From positions 41,540,001-41,604,000 of the forward strand of contig NC_043008.1 in assembly GCF_006345805.1 (NCBI RefSeq): 64,000 bases of DNA. Direction: 5' to 3'. This stretch comes from Octopus sinensis (taxonomy: Eukaryota). Shown piece after piece: positions 26,561-41,629 of this stretch. A model generated the notes under the pieces. The model did not search any database. It was not told the origin of the DNA and was given only the letters and a program-made list of their open reading frames with translations. The first letter of the stretch is position 1. Each line of letters begins with the position of its first letter. Both the position numbers and the translations under genes were made by a program.

Positions 26561-26660
26561 GATGATTTCCGAAACCGTTGTGGAAATTTCTCTTACAATG
26601 CTTCGACCCATTAGTTTCCTGATAACTCGAACGATGCGTTAAGAATTCCATCATGCTTAC

Positions 26661-26691
26661 AAATACATAGACACAGCATACTCTGGTAAAT
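26661..26691 (-). CDS. Candidate micro-exon (31 nt)
   Basis: tttcaactttatacag|...|gtaagc; one possible frame is DLPEYAVSMY. Phase does not link directly to exon Z. Confidence 0.2.
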
Positions 26692-27262
26692 CTGTATAAA
26701 GTTGAAATGATTCAGTAATATTAGATTCCTTTTCATTCGGTACGGTTCCATTTACCACCAGTTTTTTTTGTCTTTCTACCGATTATACGTTTAAAATAAT
26801 ACGATTTAACACCATTTTTTTCATTATTTTTTTTTTTTAGTATCTTGCTTTCCGAATGTTCAAGATTTGTACAAGGCGGTTTGGAAATTATGAAGATATA
26901 TATATATATAATTATGTATTAATAATAGTTAAGAATATGTCAACATTTCTCCGTTGCAATGTAAACAGGAGAAGATATGCAGACGCTCAGTAGAAAGAAA
27001 TCGAGACGAAAAGAATGAAATCACTGCAGACGGCGTTCAGTTCATATGAACTTCAGTTAAGTGACAAACGTTTGAATCGCAAAGCCAGAGATCACATTTT
27101 TTTTTTTTATCAAGACTTTTCCTTCGCATTCTTTTGTAAGGTATGTATGTGTATTTGTATCAAAGTATTTAAATGAATGCACACACACACACACACACGC
27201 AAACACACACACACAAACACACACACACACACACGTGCACACATACACACACACACATATAC

Positions 27263-27421
27263 GCGTGGCTGTGTGGTATGAAGCTTGCTTCCCAACCACA
27301 TGGTTCCAGGTTCAGTCTCACTGCGCGGCACCTCGGGCAAGTGTCTTCTACTATAGTCTCGGGCCGATCAAAGTCTTGTGAGTGGATTTGGTAGACGGAA
27401 ACTGAAAGAAGCCCGTCGTAT

Positions 27422-27465
<44 letters not shown>

Positions 27466-27510
27466 TAGATAGATAGATAGATAGGTAGGTAAGCAGATAG
27501 CTAGCTAGCC

Positions 27511-27579
<69 letters not shown>

Positions 27580-28022
27580 TGTTTCTTTATTAGCCACACA
27601 GGGCTGCACACAGATAGAACAAATTACAAGATAGAACAAATTACAATTTGAAGGTTTAAAAAAAAATTTTTTTTTAAATAAAAAAATAAATAAAAAAATA
27701 AAAAAAAAATTTTTTTTTAATAATAAAATAACAAATAAAATAAAATAAAAAAGGGGGGTCGATCAAAAGGGATCGTAAAAGGAGAGAAAGAGGACAAAAA
27801 AAGGGGGGGTTAAAAAATAAATAGATAGGTAGATAGTTAGATAGATATATGCTTGTGTGTCTGTAATTGTCCCCTCACCAACCCCTGACAACAGATGTTG
27901 GTGTGTTTTCCTCCTCGTAACTCGGGGAAAGAAGCCGATAAAATAAATAATTGTTCGACTAAAGGTGGTGCTCCAGCATGGCCGCAGTCAAATGACTGAA
28001 ACATCTAAAAGAATAAAAGAAT
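27263..28022 (+). mobile_element. SINE family A split by (GATA)n arrays and a ~240 bp unclassified insertion (27578-27815)
   Basis: The 5' half (27263-27420) and 3' half (27845-28022) are collinear with the 18371 copy. Confidence 0.8.
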
Positions 28023-28379
28023 ACATATTAGATAATAAGCATTGTTATTTCTTCTTGAAGTATAAGTTTGAATGCTGAGTCAACGGAGAGGAGTTCCAAC
28101 TAGATAATATCTCCAGACCCAGCGGTGGTGCCCCAGCAGGCCGCGGCTTTCGGGCTAAAACATTTTTACGGATTTAAGGAATCACTTTAAATGAACAAGT
28201 CTCACATATCCAAGTGTCTAAGAAACCTCATCAGGAGGACAACCATTTGTCATGACCTGGATGCGGTTCGGCCTCCCTTAGCGTGTCTGGAAGTTAAGGG
28301 CCGGAATACGTGCCGGAGGAGAGTTGTCTTTTCTCTGGGGAGCTTCTGCTGTGCAGCTTACAAAAACGCACGTAACATT

Positions 28380-28750
28380 CATCTTTTACATGTTTGAGTC
28401 ATTTGATTGCAGCCATCTCATTGGGTCGTTTTTTGGACGAGTTTTGGTCGAGCAAATTGTCTTTAGTATTTTTAAAGCCTGTTAGTATTCTATGGACTTC
28501 TTCTCCGAACCGCTAAGTTGACAAATCAATACTGATTGTGAAGCGATGTTGGGAGACAAACACACACCAAGACATACTCACATAAATATATGAATACAGA
28601 TACACCAACGAATACTTTCAGCTTCCGTCTATGAAATCCACTAACACGGCATTGGTCAGGAATATAATAAAAGACATATTCCCAGAGTACCAAGCACTGG
28701 GACTGATCCAGGGCCATGTCGTTGGGAAGCAAGCTTCCTACCACACATCC
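28380..28750 (-). mobile_element. SINE family A, old and diverged
   Basis: Recognisable CCGAACCGCTAAG, GTTTCCGTCTA-like and head blocks. Confidence 0.7.
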
Positions 28751-29159
28751 TATAATATACATACATACGTACATACACACACAACTATCAACTGGCAAAC
28801 AGTTTTTACAAGATTGGATACATTCTTTTATCAGAATCACCCCAGCTCTAAGTTCGAATCCAGCTGGATCAAGCTAGTTTTTCCTCATTTTGGTGTGACA
28901 AATATGCTGGTAATAATTTTGAAAGAATGGGTCTGTTGATTACAGCCCCCCCCCCCCCACCACCACCACAGCACTTCATTTGGACTTCATTTTATTGACC
29001 CCGAAATAATGAGTAGCAAGTCTGACTTAGCTTTTGAACTCAGAATTCTTTCCGTTTCCTTAAATCTTCTGTCAAATACCCACCCTAATGATATAGGAAT
29101 ACTGATTTCAAAGTTTGTCACAAGGCCGGCAATTTCAAGTGGTCAACTGGTAATTATTC

Positions 29160-29760
29160 TAACGACGGCGAAACGATGAAAGCAAAGTTAACCCCGGCGG
29201 AATTTGAACTGAGAACGTTAAGATGGACGTAAGGATAAACAGCAAAGTCCACCCCGGCGTAATTTGATCTGAGAACGTCAGGGCGGACGAAATACCGTTG
29301 AGCATTTCGCTCGGCGAGCTAACGATTCCACCAGCTCGCTGCCTTATATATATTTCTTTATTGCCCACAGGAGGCTAAACATAGAGGGGATAAACAAGGA
29401 CAAAGGGATTAAGTTGATTACATCGACTCCAGTGTGTGACTGGTACTTATTTAATCGACCCCTAAAAGATGAAAGGCAAAGTCGACCTCGGCGAAATTTA
29501 AATTTAGAACGTAAGGACAGACAAAATACCTATTTCTTTACTACCCACAAGAGGCTAAACACAGAGAGGACAAACAAGGACAGACACACGGATTAGGTTG
29601 ATTATATCGACCCCGGTGCGTAACTGGAACTTAATTTATCGACCCCGAAAGGATGAAAGGCAAAGTCGACCTCGGTGGAATTTGAATTCAGAACGTAACG
29701 GCAGACGAAATACGGCTACGTATTTTGCCTGGCGTGCTAACGTTTCTGCCAGCTCGCTGC
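29160..29760 (-). mobile_element. Stack of SINE family C units (dimer plus adjacent partial copy)
   Basis: Heads at ~29335-29345 and ~29750-29760; internal tail/body junction at ~29525. Confidence 0.85.
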
Positions 29761-31198
29761 CTTACATATATATAAATATCAATAAGTACAAATTGTAGTA
29801 ATGTAAAAAGCGAACACTATAAACTATAAATACCACTAAACTACTCATATTACTGATCTAATGTGTTATTCATTATCTCTTATGCGTCACCTTCCCATAC
29901 TATCACCACGTTTTCATTATTCAAAATGAAATGAAACGGAAGCAAATATTGTATTTTTCGTCTCCATTTCCTTGCACATATACAGTTTCTCATACATTTA
30001 TTTTTGCTGAACCTTTAACAAACACTTCTCATTTTGTTTATAATCTATATAGCTTTGGTATCTACCTCCTATCGTTATCACATTTTTCGTCTGCTTCTTT
30101 CCTTTCTGTTATTATTTATGTTTTCTATCTTAGATGAAATCTAAATACAGCTTCATGAGATACAGATAATCATTTATCTTCCTTAGCTACATACTGCATT
30201 TACTCTATCACATTTACAAGTATATAGTTTTATTATACTTTGGGGTTTTTTTAAGTTCAAGGTATAGATATTCGGGAAGTATACTGCACCATATTTCCTT
30301 GACATCAGGAAGAAAATATTAGATTTACTGCTACACAAATTAACTCTTTTTCCCTCCGTTTTATTTGAAATTTAAGGTGCTGAAAGAGAACAAACACACT
30401 TTTAGGTCTAACTTAGCTCAGATTATCAAGTAAATCATATAATATTATTTAGTGTTTAACTTGTTAGATTTTATTTTTATCTTTCTCCTTTCCATCATTT
30501 GGGAAGACTATCGATGAAGGCTTTCCTATGGAAGCAATTACATAAGAAGATTCCTCTCTGAGCTACAGTTGATTTATCAATATAATATATATTGTGAAGG
30601 TACTTGTTATGAACATAATGGGAGAAAATCATACCTAGAATGTCATGAATAATTTGTGCAAATGTAAAAAATAAGAAAACGGAGTTCTCTTGCATAAAGC
30701 ACAATTGGACAATGGACTTAACGTTACTATTTGGACTGAAAGAAGCATTACACAACATAACCGGGGGAAAAGGTCTCTTCATGAGTCAATAAGTCGACGT
30801 CTTGGTGGTCACCGGAGTTCGCTTGAAACAGCAGCTCAGTATGCCTCCACTCACAACCAACACTCTTAAAATGTAGGCAGACATATTGGATATTGTGGCT
30901 CTTGATACACTGTCGCTGAAGCATAAAGTAGGATTTCACATATGCTTAATTGATTAACTTTCTTTATGAGTTAAACAATTATAACAGCATCAAAAGTATC
31001 AGCAACAACAACAACAACAATCCTTATCAGGGAAACCATTAAATAGCTGATTGCTAAAGATAATACAATCGAAAATGTTTCTGGTGGAAATTAAGAAGCA
31101 GGTTAAATCCGAAATCACTCTATAATTAAGTTCGGACAGAGAGTTTAGTATTGGTACTATGTTTAAAGGGTCAAGCAGTCGGTTACAAAGGAATTGAA

Positions 31199-31430
31199 AG
31201 GCGGCGAGCTGGCAGAAACGTTAGCACGTCGAGCGAAATGCTTAGCGGTATTTCGTCTGCCGTTACGTTCTGAGTTCATATTCCGCCGAGGTCGACTTTA
31301 CCTTTCATCCTTTCGGGGTCGATAAATTAAGTACCAGTTACGCACTGGGGTCGATGTAATCGACTTAATACCTATGTCTGTCCTTGTTTGTCCCCTCTAT
31401 GTTTAGCCCCTTGTGGATAATAAAGAAATA
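31199..31430 (+). mobile_element. SINE family C, full length with 15-bp TSD
   Basis: GGCGGCGAGCTGGCAGAAACG...GAGTTCATATTCC; TSD GGTTACAAAGGAATT at 31181-95 and 31431-45. Confidence 0.92.
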
Positions 31431-31554
31431 GGTTACAAAGGAATTCAATAATGCTACGTCAACATTCTACAACACAATACACACACGCACACATATATAT
31501 GTATATATATATATAGAGAGAGAGAGACAGACAGACAGACTGACAGACAGAGAC

Positions 31555-31820
31555 AGAGAAATAAGAAAATGGTGATAAATCAATTAATAAGTATATATTA
31601 ACAGCTGTTTCGATTCGTACTTTAAATATTATAATAGAAATAATTGAATCAAGTAGAATCTTTTTTCTGCCTCTGATGAGATTCTGCTTTTCAAAATGAT
31701 TTAATTATTATAATTATCTTTAAAGTATGAATCGAAACAGATATTAGCGATTATGCTTATTTTTTGCAGTTAATAAATATACATATTAATTGATTTATCT
31801 CCATTTTCTTATTTTTCTTG
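31555..31820. mobile_element. Third inverted HHR-bearing unit
   Basis: The reverse complement of 31555-31635 (GAATCGAAACAGCTGTT + tail) matches 31715-31820. Confidence 0.65.
31669..31750 (+). ncRNA. Type I hammerhead motif, degenerate stems I and III
   Basis: CTGATGA (31673-79), stem II GATTC/GAATC, GAAAC (31734-38). The inverted copy keeps the perfect palindrome ACAGCTGT. Confidence 0.55.
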
Positions 31821-33055
31821 AATAAATATAAACTCTGGTTTATCGAATTATCTATTATCCATGAATATTATAATTAATATTTACAACAATTACTAGGTAA
31901 TGAACCAGTAATACATAGTATATTATTATCCCTTAATGAGCCTTATCTGTCTTCTAATTGAACTTTTTATACACACATACACACACACGCACTCACACAC
32001 ACGCACAAACACATACACACAGAGACACTCACATTCACATATATGCTGGAAATAACTGCTAAATCTTTCTTAAATCACAACCAACTACGATGCCTGAAAC
32101 TAGAATACAATGGATTTAATATATACTATTTTGTACTGAGATGGGATGGTCACGTTTAGATTGCTTTTTTTTCATTATGCATCGACACAATGAAGGCCGA
32201 TTTAGGACTATGTAAGAAAAACAGGATACCAGCAAACCAATGAATGCGAAAAGATCCGTACAATCAATTACCATGCCATTTATACCTGCCAATTTTTCTT
32301 GAAGTCATATCTGGCCATCTTAGAAATAGAATGGATGTAATATAGAACATCAACTATGATTTAGTTATGAGATATTGATCAATAATTGGTTAATAAACAC
32401 ATGAATCTATGTAGCACAGCTATACAGTTAGGTATTTATCAATTATGTTATTAGATTTAAGGTTTTATGTACACGAGAAATACTCAGGTTATTGTTCTTT
32501 AGATTTAGAGTTATACTTTCGGATAGAGTATGTTTATCTCTCGGTTTTTCATTCAAATCTTTAAATCGTTTTGCCGAGATTTGTGAGGACATGTACCCGA
32601 TAGAAAGAAGTGTGGCATAGCAAAGTGTATACCTGGCCTTGAAGATTGAGAATCAGTGGAGAACAAAGCTAAAGATGGTAATTGAGAAATACCAGTATGA
32701 AGGATAATGATATTATTACAGATATTGACATTTGTCGTCAAATTTAGAATAAGGAATAATAAGTACTTGGTACAGATGTGACCCACAACAAGTCGATTTG
32801 AACATTCAGGAACTGACGAGACCTGATGGTACCAAAGCAATCCTGCAGGTGTAATTCATGGAAGGAGTGGAGAGGTCGCCAATCTACTGAAGTTCCGGGC
32901 AGCCCATTTGATACATGCTGTGGTTAAGGTAGTAAGGAGCATATGATATCCTTCTTCAGATCGACTGTTCATATTTTTTATGTGCGCTACACTTTCTGCT
33001 TGTCTTTCCATATAGCATTACGTTTTGAAACGATTGCCTAGCCGAGGTCCTCATG

Positions 33056-33140
<85 letters not shown>

Positions 33141-33228
33141 TATAGATAGATAGATAAATAGATAGATAGACAGACATATATATATATATATTATATATAT
33201 ATATATATATGTATATATATTCATACAC

Positions 33229-33333
<105 letters not shown>

Positions 33334-33408
33334 TCCACCTGCCTTCGTCTTTTGTTTATTTCCGTAAACCTGCCTTCGTCTTTTGTCTATTTTCATAAAG
33401 CTTCCCGT

Positions 33409-33442
<34 letters not shown>

Positions 33443-33479
33443 CGTGTGTGTGTGTGTATTACGATATGTATGTGCGTGT

Positions 33480-33985
33480 TACGATTCAACGTTTTAGACC
33501 ACGTTCTCTGTTTACTACAGTGCTTGAAAGAATGTGCTGAGCGTACGACTGCCGCATTGACCATGACAGAGAAAGTTGTCGCGCCGATACCTGTTCAGAG
33601 GCCTACGCAAAGTCGCAGAAAGTTTATGGATAGGAGTGTATGTGACGCACACAAGTGTACGAGTGATTCAGATCGATGAAAAATGTCAATATTGACGAAC
33701 GTTCTGGGAGACCCTCACCGGCAGAAATGAGAAAAACATCGCAGATATGCGTGCAGCTGTGAGGGGAAATCGTAGAATCACCATCCGTGAGTTATCGGAG
33801 GGTGTGCAGAATAGTTACGGTTCAATTGAGTCCATTATCACTGAAGATTTGGGTGTGAGACAAGTGGATGCCAAGTTTGTGCCAGAATTGCTTTCAGCTG
33901 ATCAAAGCAGATCTCGGGTTTCAGCAGCACATGATCTCCTTGATTGTGTCGAGAACGATGAAAGCTTTTTGAAAATACTTATTGA
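33480..33985 (+). mobile_element. mariner transposase 5' fragment
   Basis: DERSGRP...MRAAVRGNRRITIRELSE...AKFVPELLSADQ...DESFLKIL; cut off by a microsatellite before the catalytic domain. Confidence 0.85.
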
Positions 33986-34184
33986 TCAGACCACGTATAT
34001 ATATATATATATATCTACATATATGCAGAGTGAGAGAGAAAGGGAGAGAGAGAGAGAGAAATACAGACAAACTGACAGAGAAAGGAAGTTGGATATATTA
34101 TGTTCGTACATCTACCTCTATCGATCTGTCTTTCTCTCTTTCTCTCCCTTTCTCTCTCTCTCACTCTCTCTAAATATAATATAT

Positions 34185-34230
<46 letters not shown>

Positions 34231-35039
34231 ACATACACAAACACATATATACATATACGTATACGTGTGTGAGTATAGATAGATAGAAAAAAATAGACAG
34301 AACTATAGATGTGTGTATTATGCATATATGTATGTGCGCATGTGTGTATGCACAAACAGCACCACATATATCCTGTAACCGTTACTTGAGGTATGTGTCC
34401 ACTGTGGTCATCACTGGAATAAATAATTAATCTTATTCCTTCATCATAAATGAATCCAGATACATAGTACGCAATATCCACAAAATAGTTGAAACAACAT
34501 GCCAAATATCCTGTGAATATAATCTAACAATATTTTACAGCTCCTCCAATTTCTAATTTTTGAAACGTATTATTTCTCTCCGTAGAGGTAAGCTGTCGAT
34601 GTATTCACATTAATAAGTTTCTATTATTTCTGTTGCACCCCAGCATACTAGTTTACTGGAATAATATTTTAATTCAAAAACTAAGTCGGGGTTATTTTAT
34701 TCTGTTATATTGTGTTTTATCATCTATCAGTTTTTTTAGTCTTATACAACATTATATTCCTTTAGTATTTATAATTCGATTAATATCACACTATTGTCAT
34801 TTCTGTCATGCAACATGACTCTACATTTATTAAGTTATATCTAGAGGTCTATATGCGTGCAAAAAAGTTCCACAGTATTTGCGTATTGTCATTTGTAAGT
34901 CATGTAAAGTTTCTTATATGTTACACAGAAATTTGTTACCTTTTGGTTGTTGTTTTTTATTACAAAAATGAGTTAAAATTAGGATCTACTGTCTACCAAA
35001 AACTATCTTTGGTGCTGTCTTTGGACAGTTTCTTAGTAT

Positions 35040-35410
35040 AGGTGCAGGTTCTATGGTTAAGAAACTCCTTTTGCAACCACGACGCTGCGGGTTCAATCCA
35101 ACTGCCGGCAAATTGGAAAAGTGTCTTCTGTTCGGGCGTGCCAATGCATTTTTAGTGAATTTGGTAGTTGGAAATTGAACGAAATACCATCTTGTAAATA
35201 TGTGTGCGTGTACGTGTTTTTCTGCCTCTGCCTACCTTCCGCTTGACGACCGGTATCGTTTATGCTCACATCCTCTTAACGCTTCGGCAAAAACACGAAC
35301 TGGATAATTGGCAGATTTATAAATGATTACGTGGCTGATTTCTTCTTCTAACAATCTCTCACGGCAGTGCCCCAATATAGTTTCAATCCGATGGCTGAAA
35401 CAAGTAGAAG
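35040..35410 (+). mobile_element. SINE family A-like, old
   Basis: Degenerate head (GGTTCAATCC) and body similarity. Confidence 0.6.
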
Positions 35411-35697
35411 ATACTGAGTACAGTACACTATATATGAGAAGCCCCTCACAAGCTACATGCTCAGTTTCTCTTTATATTCACTTCAATATATATGTATGTA
35501 TTTACGTATGTATGTATATATGTATGTATGTATGTATGCATATATGTATGTATGTATATATATATATATATATATATACAAAAAGCAATAAAGATTCAAG
35601 TTAATTTAAATGAATTTACTTGAATATGGTACCTAACTTAGATGCACCAAAAAAAACTATACTGTTTTAACAATACAGTAATGTGGGGTGATTTTAA

Positions 35698-36325
35698 GCG
35701 AGAAAGAAGCAACAAGAATGGATAGGTTTTTAGTACAATCGTTTCATACAAGGACAGGCTTTATCATATAACAAGAATTGATACCTACCTCATTGTGTTC
35801 AACCATTGATAAATTTATCGCCTGTGAATATGAAATTCCTCTTAATTTCTCTGGAAATTTACATCTACACCATTGGAAATTGTGCATCTATACAAATGAT
35901 TAATTCACCCTCTCTGTAATGCTAATAAGCAGGAATTGAGACCCACCTCGTTGTGATTAACAATGGATAAATTTGTCGTCTGTGAGTATGTAATCCCTCC
36001 TCATATCTCTGGAATTCATATATGCACTATGGATTAGGTCACCTTCTCTGTGATGTTATTAAAACTTTTAAAATTCTGTGATAAAACTGTACATCATCTT
36101 TAAAGAACTTTAATGAACTTTGGAAATCTGTTATGTTACTTAATTATCTACATTACTTCATGAGTATAGCCTCAACCACTAGGATGTCTAGAGAACTCAC
36201 ATGTATTTTAGCTGATGAGTACGGGACACGTTTATATGCTGTAATTTTTGCAACTTTTAATAAAGCCGTCCTTGAATGAAACGATTGTACTAAAAACCTA
36301 TCATTCTTGTTGCTTCTTTCTCGCG
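35698..36325. mobile_element. Fourth inverted HHR-bearing unit (65-bp inverted arm, non-coding spacer, HHR, tail)
   Basis: 35698-35764 is the reverse complement of 36259-36324 (~95%). The spacer holds a diverged ~160 bp tandem pair, and the right end runs into (TA)n. Confidence 0.7.
36206..36295 (+). ncRNA. Type I hammerhead ribozyme, near intact, long stem II
   Basis: Stem I TTTTAG(36206-11)/CTAAAA(36290-95); CTGATGA; stem II GTACGGGAC/GTCCTTGAAT; GAAAC-GATT-GT-A, giving a GUA triplet with cleavage after 36289. Confidence 0.72.
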
Positions 36326-36736
36326 TATATATATATATAATATATATATATATATATTATATATATATATATATCTTATGTATATATGCATATGTAATAA
36401 ATGCAAAAACGAATTTCTGTGTGTCAGTATGTCACACTTTGACTCTCTCACTCACTATTCAATGACACGTCTGCTATTCCTCATGTTGGGGTGAGAGTAA
36501 CATTAGGCATAGAAGCGGACGCGACGGTGATGAATGTGGTGGTGGTAGCCGAGACGGTCATGGATGACGGTGATAGTAAGCGATTTGAAAGACGGTGCTG
36601 ATATGATGGTGGAGGGGGACGCAGCGAAGTCAAAAGTAATGATGGTGATGGTGTCAGAATTCCGAATGGCGTGTGTATGGCAGTTGTGGTGGCGATGGTG
36701 CTGATACTGGTGATGTGATGGTTGAAAACAATCAAC

Positions 36737-36791
<55 letters not shown>

Positions 36792-36983
36792 GTATGATGC
36801 AGCTTTGCAATAAGTTTCAAGTCGACAAATTATATCATTGTTTTGATGAAAATTGTTCAGTGCTTGAAAAATATTGGTCAAGTTTAAATTTAATATGTAC
36901 TCGATGCGTGAAGTGTCATTGCTGGCCCAAGGCCCAATGAAGAGCCCTCCTCAGGAACTAGCTAAAAAGCCGCCCCATCGGCT

Positions 36984-37038
<55 letters not shown>

Positions 37039-37104
37039 TAGATAGAGAAAGAGAGAGAGAAAGAGGAGAAAGAGAGAGTAGATAGCTAGACAGGTAGACC
37101 AAAT

Positions 37105-37141
<37 letters not shown>

Positions 37142-37185
37142 GATAGATAGATAGATAGATAGACACATTTATATATACATAGCAA

Positions 37186-37525
37186 ATCTTTTACTTGTTT
37201 GACTCATTGTATTGCGGCCATTCTGGAGCACCGCCTCGAAGGGATTTTAGTCGAAGAAATCGACTGAAGTTGCTTATTTTTAAGGTTTCTTACTTATCTA
37301 TTGGTCCCTTTGGACAACCGCTAGTTTACGGAGACATAAGCAAACCAACACCGGCTGAAGCATGGAGGAAAAACGCAACGATGCACACAAATACATACAC
37401 AGGCACGCACAAATATGCGTTGGACGTCTTACAGTTTCCGTCTAGCAAATCCGTAGTAGGAGATACATTCCCAAAGCCCCACACAGTGGAACTGAAACCG
37501 GGACTAGATGATTGGGAAGTAAACA
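37186..37525 (-). mobile_element. SINE family A, diverged
   Basis: GCGGCCATTCTGGAGCACCGCC and CAGTTTCCGTCTA blocks. Confidence 0.7.
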
Positions 37526-38121
37526 TCAGTGAATATTGTTGGTAGCATTTCTCCCATTTCTTGATAAATTTTTCATCCTCAGCATTAGAAGCTTATTAAC
37601 TTCAGCAAATAGTCACTTTATCAATATTCGGTTGTAGATATAACTTCAGCTATACGTGTATTATCTCACACGAAAAGGGGTTTATTTTACAATAAGTACA
37701 TTTTATAATTTTCAAAATACGAACGAATACTCAAATACAGAATTCTCAATATTTAATTGCTTTTTATATCTTCCAGCAGGATAGTTACAAACCTAAAGGA
37801 AAAATTTCTTAAAGGAAAATTCACCTGACGGATATAATATTAGCTGTCATTTTCACAGTTTCATTGTCCCGGTAAATAACATTATGAAAAATGCATTAAG
37901 TGGCCCTATACCCAGTAGTTCATACGGAGCCTCATGCATCAAACTTTATTGAAATATCTATCATCCTCTTTTTTTGAAACCTATTACATTTTGCGTTCGA
38001 TCATTATTGATAATGTGGTTGCATTCCTTTTCACTTATATTTCTATCGTTTTCACATTTCCGCCATTTATACATACACACGCTTCTATGTATATATGTAT
38101 GTATGTATGCATGTATGTTTG

Positions 38122-38158
<37 letters not shown>

Positions 38159-38292
38159 ACAAACGCACACACATATATATACGGATGCATACATACCTAT
38201 ATATAGAGAGGGAGAGGGAGAGAGAGAGAAAGATGGTACATAGATAGATAGCTACACATATATATAGATATATAGATAATTGCCCCTATTCG

Positions 38293-38324
<32 letters not shown>

Positions 38325-38487
38325 TATATAAACACAAACACACAAACCCACAAACCCATATACATACATATAGAGAGATAGGGGAGAGAGAGAAAAATGG
38401 GTAGGTAGATAGATAGATAGATAATTGCCCTGATTCATATGTATATATATATACATACAAATATATATGTGTGTGTATGTATGCATG

Positions 38488-38520
<33 letters not shown>

Positions 38521-39189
38521 AATTTGTTTATATCTAATATGCTTTATATTCTGTTTAACCAAATATTTGCAAAGAGGGAAAAAGGAAATAACATATAAGG
38601 AATTGAAGAATTATTATTATATTGGTGTACAATAAATGCTCGGGGATATATGAAATGCAAAATGGTACCAATAATAATTTCGTAAATTATAGTAAGATTT
38701 ACTCCTATATATTTGCCTAGAGCTGACAGGTGCAACATGTGCATTGTACAGAACTAAACACCTGACATTGTTTAATTTCGTTTCACTCATATCCTGCTTA
38801 AAGCAGCTTTGACTTCATCGTTTTAATGTCAATAAAATAAATATCATACCAATAGTAGTTTGGATTCAATCACATACTTATTAGCTGCATTGTACTAAAG
38901 AAAGAAGGTACGATTTTATTATTGGGGTCTGTTGTGAGAAATAAAACGCTCATGGAGAGACTCTGCAATCTGCTTTCGTTATAAGACTGAAATGATTTCC
39001 ATACACATTATTGTGTATTCATTTTCGAGATTAATTTAAGGCGTAGAAAATGAAGTTAAAAGCTGACCCTTGCCATTGCTTTCACAGAGAATGAAACTAT
39101 GCATGAATATATAATATCAAGCAAAAACCTTGTCAGTTATCATATATTTGAGACACTAGCATCTAGTCTCAAATTGACAAGCAGTAAGG

Positions 39190-40135
39190 AAAATTCTGAC
39201 GGAACGACAGACAAAGTTTGCAAGCCACCTAAACAAACATCTCAAAATTTGCAAAGTCCTGCCTGAAAACAACACTGATGGAGATTGAGAAAAATTTGCA
39301 ACAATTCCATGAAAAAGAGAGAATAAATAAAGAAGCCCGGCTTATAAATAATAAAAGTCAAACCTTGATGCTTTCTTTAATTTTGCCAAAGAAACGGCCT
39401 CAGTTCACTACGAGATAGGGCCCCCTCCTCCAAAAGGAGAGTTTTCTGGCAGGTAACCCAAGAGGATAAGTAAAATATGGAACAAACAGTTCAAAAGTGT
39501 TTTCACTACTCCGTTAGAACTCATGGAAGTGAACGAACCAGCGGAGTTCTTTGCCACTACACCTATAATCAGGAAGGCAGTAGTAATTGATAACATCGAC
39601 ATCATAAACGTAATACTGACCATGGACGCAAACGCAGCTGCTGGAGGTGCAGCCATCCTTCTCATATAATGCTAATCGGGTCCTTGCAAAATCACTGCAG
39701 CTTCCAGGTAAATTGGTGGAGGTGATGGATAATAGGCCCTGTCCATAAAGGAGGAACGAGGGCAGATGCTAAACAATATAGGCCTATCTCTCTGGCATCA
39801 CAAAACAGCACTGTGATCGAACGGATTGTCAGAAAGAATGTAAACGCTTTACTTGAAGAGAAGGACATGTTGAATTGTATCCAGCATTGTTTTTGACCAA
39901 GTAGAAACTGCCTTGCGCAACTGCTACAGCACTACGTCTGTGTGTTAAATAGTTGCTCAACAAGTCAAATCTGGACGTCATGTGTGTCGACGTTGGAAAA
40001 GGCTTTGATGAATTGGACCATGAATGCTTGCTCACAAGCTCCGTGATCACAGCATTGTCGAAAAAGTTGGAGAATGTATACACGACTTTTTACAACATAG
40101 AAGTCAGGTAGCGATGACCAATGGAGTTACATCAT
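39190..40135 (+). mobile_element. Decayed CR1-like LINE reverse-transcriptase fragment
   Basis: PVHKGGTRADAKQYRPISLAS...IERIVRK...QHCF*PSRNCLAQLL...DVGKGFDELDH match RT subdomains 0-3; multiple stops and frameshifts. Confidence 0.85.
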
Positions 40136-41629
40136 AGGAAACACAAAATTTAGTTTATATATAAACTTTTAAAGCATACTGACGGGGAAAAGAGATTTTC
40201 CCCTTCTACCTTTGCGTACGTTGCGAAGAAAGAAAGGACACCATGTTCAAACAGGAGATTTGTCTTAACGCTTGCAACAGAGTAAGAGACACAAAAAGCA
40301 CCTATGGACCAGGTAGCGTTGTTGAACGTAGCAACGAATTAAGTCTATCACCCAAAGATTCGAAAGACAAAAGCCAAAATAAATAAATAAATACGTCAAG
40401 GCACCTCACCACCCGTTCTGACAATTCCCAAAACAACCATACCGGACTGCTACTGTATTTCATTGACCTTGAAATTTATTTCTCTGAGATTTGAATTTAC
40501 GTCCTTAATATATCTAGAACAAATATCGTATGACATTTTGCCCTCCGTTCTAACCACGCGAATTTATTTCGTCTTTTAAATTTTCAAATCTTCAAAAAAT
40601 CCCTCATCAACGTGACTGTCCGAACTTAATTGAATCAGTATTAGATATACATTCTTTTATAACCAACTTTGTTATGAAACTTCTCTCATCATTTTCCTTT
40701 TAGAAATCTCCCTGCCCTATCTTTTTAAATACAATTTCAATAACATTTATTGGCCAGCACTTAATGTTTCAATGTCTTTTATGCCACTGACTTTCATGTT
40801 TTCGTCTTTATTGTCTGTCATTTACCGTTGCCTAATTGTAAATGCTTGAAAATATGCTTTGAGGGTACACCATTGTTGCCACTCAAATAAGATATTTATA
40901 AATATATAAATCAATAGGTCGAGGAATCGATTTCTATGTTGATATATTAATTGACCTATCTTTCTGTCATTCTTTCTCTCTCTCTCTCTCTCCCTACTCT
41001 AACTCCTCCCCATACATATCTATATTATCTATGTTGCTATGCATATATCAATACTATTAGAATATTACAAGCTTTCTTGTCGTTTTCCTTCTTCTTATCC
41101 TAAGATGTTCACTTATTCTACAGTATTTCAGGCGAATAAGCAACAAATGTTTAAGAGATTGGTAGATCTGGCAACCTATAGATACGTGTGCAGTGGGTGT
41201 TTGTGTATGCGTGCGTGTGCATGTATGTGTGTACATATTTTTATATACATATATACAGGCAGATAGATAGTTATGAATATATACATATATACACACGGAC
41301 GGACACAAGCATTTATAGACGCGTGATATAATTACTAATATGGTGTAGGTTCAGTTCATAATTGCTCTACGCCTATACATTATATGCACGTGAGAGCCTA
41401 GATTGATAATTTGAAAGTCAAGAATAGCAGACTGCCGTATTCATTGCCCATGTCATGCCATTAAAATTGCTTTATTTTCATTGCAAGTAGAGTCAATTCT
41501 CAATGGACACGAAATATGTACATCATGTTCCTCCGAACAGAAGCAACGTTATGACATTTGCAAATGATTTGATAGCTTGCATTCATCATTTGAAATAAAC
41601 GAGTCCCTGAATAGAAGCTACTACACTAA

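Noticed and set aside
25626-26654. 342-aa Ser/Pro/Thr-rich ORF
   Set aside because: It derives from a trinucleotide low-complexity tract that is open in several frames; only 25725-25840 looks exon-like.
27655-27815. Unusual alternating A/T/G homopolymer runs
   Set aside because: Probably a low-complexity retroelement tail or low-quality consensus; no structure found.
32560-32940. Possible L1/Tx1-like RT fragment (KYLG, EVAN words)
   Set aside because: Too few motif matches to support.
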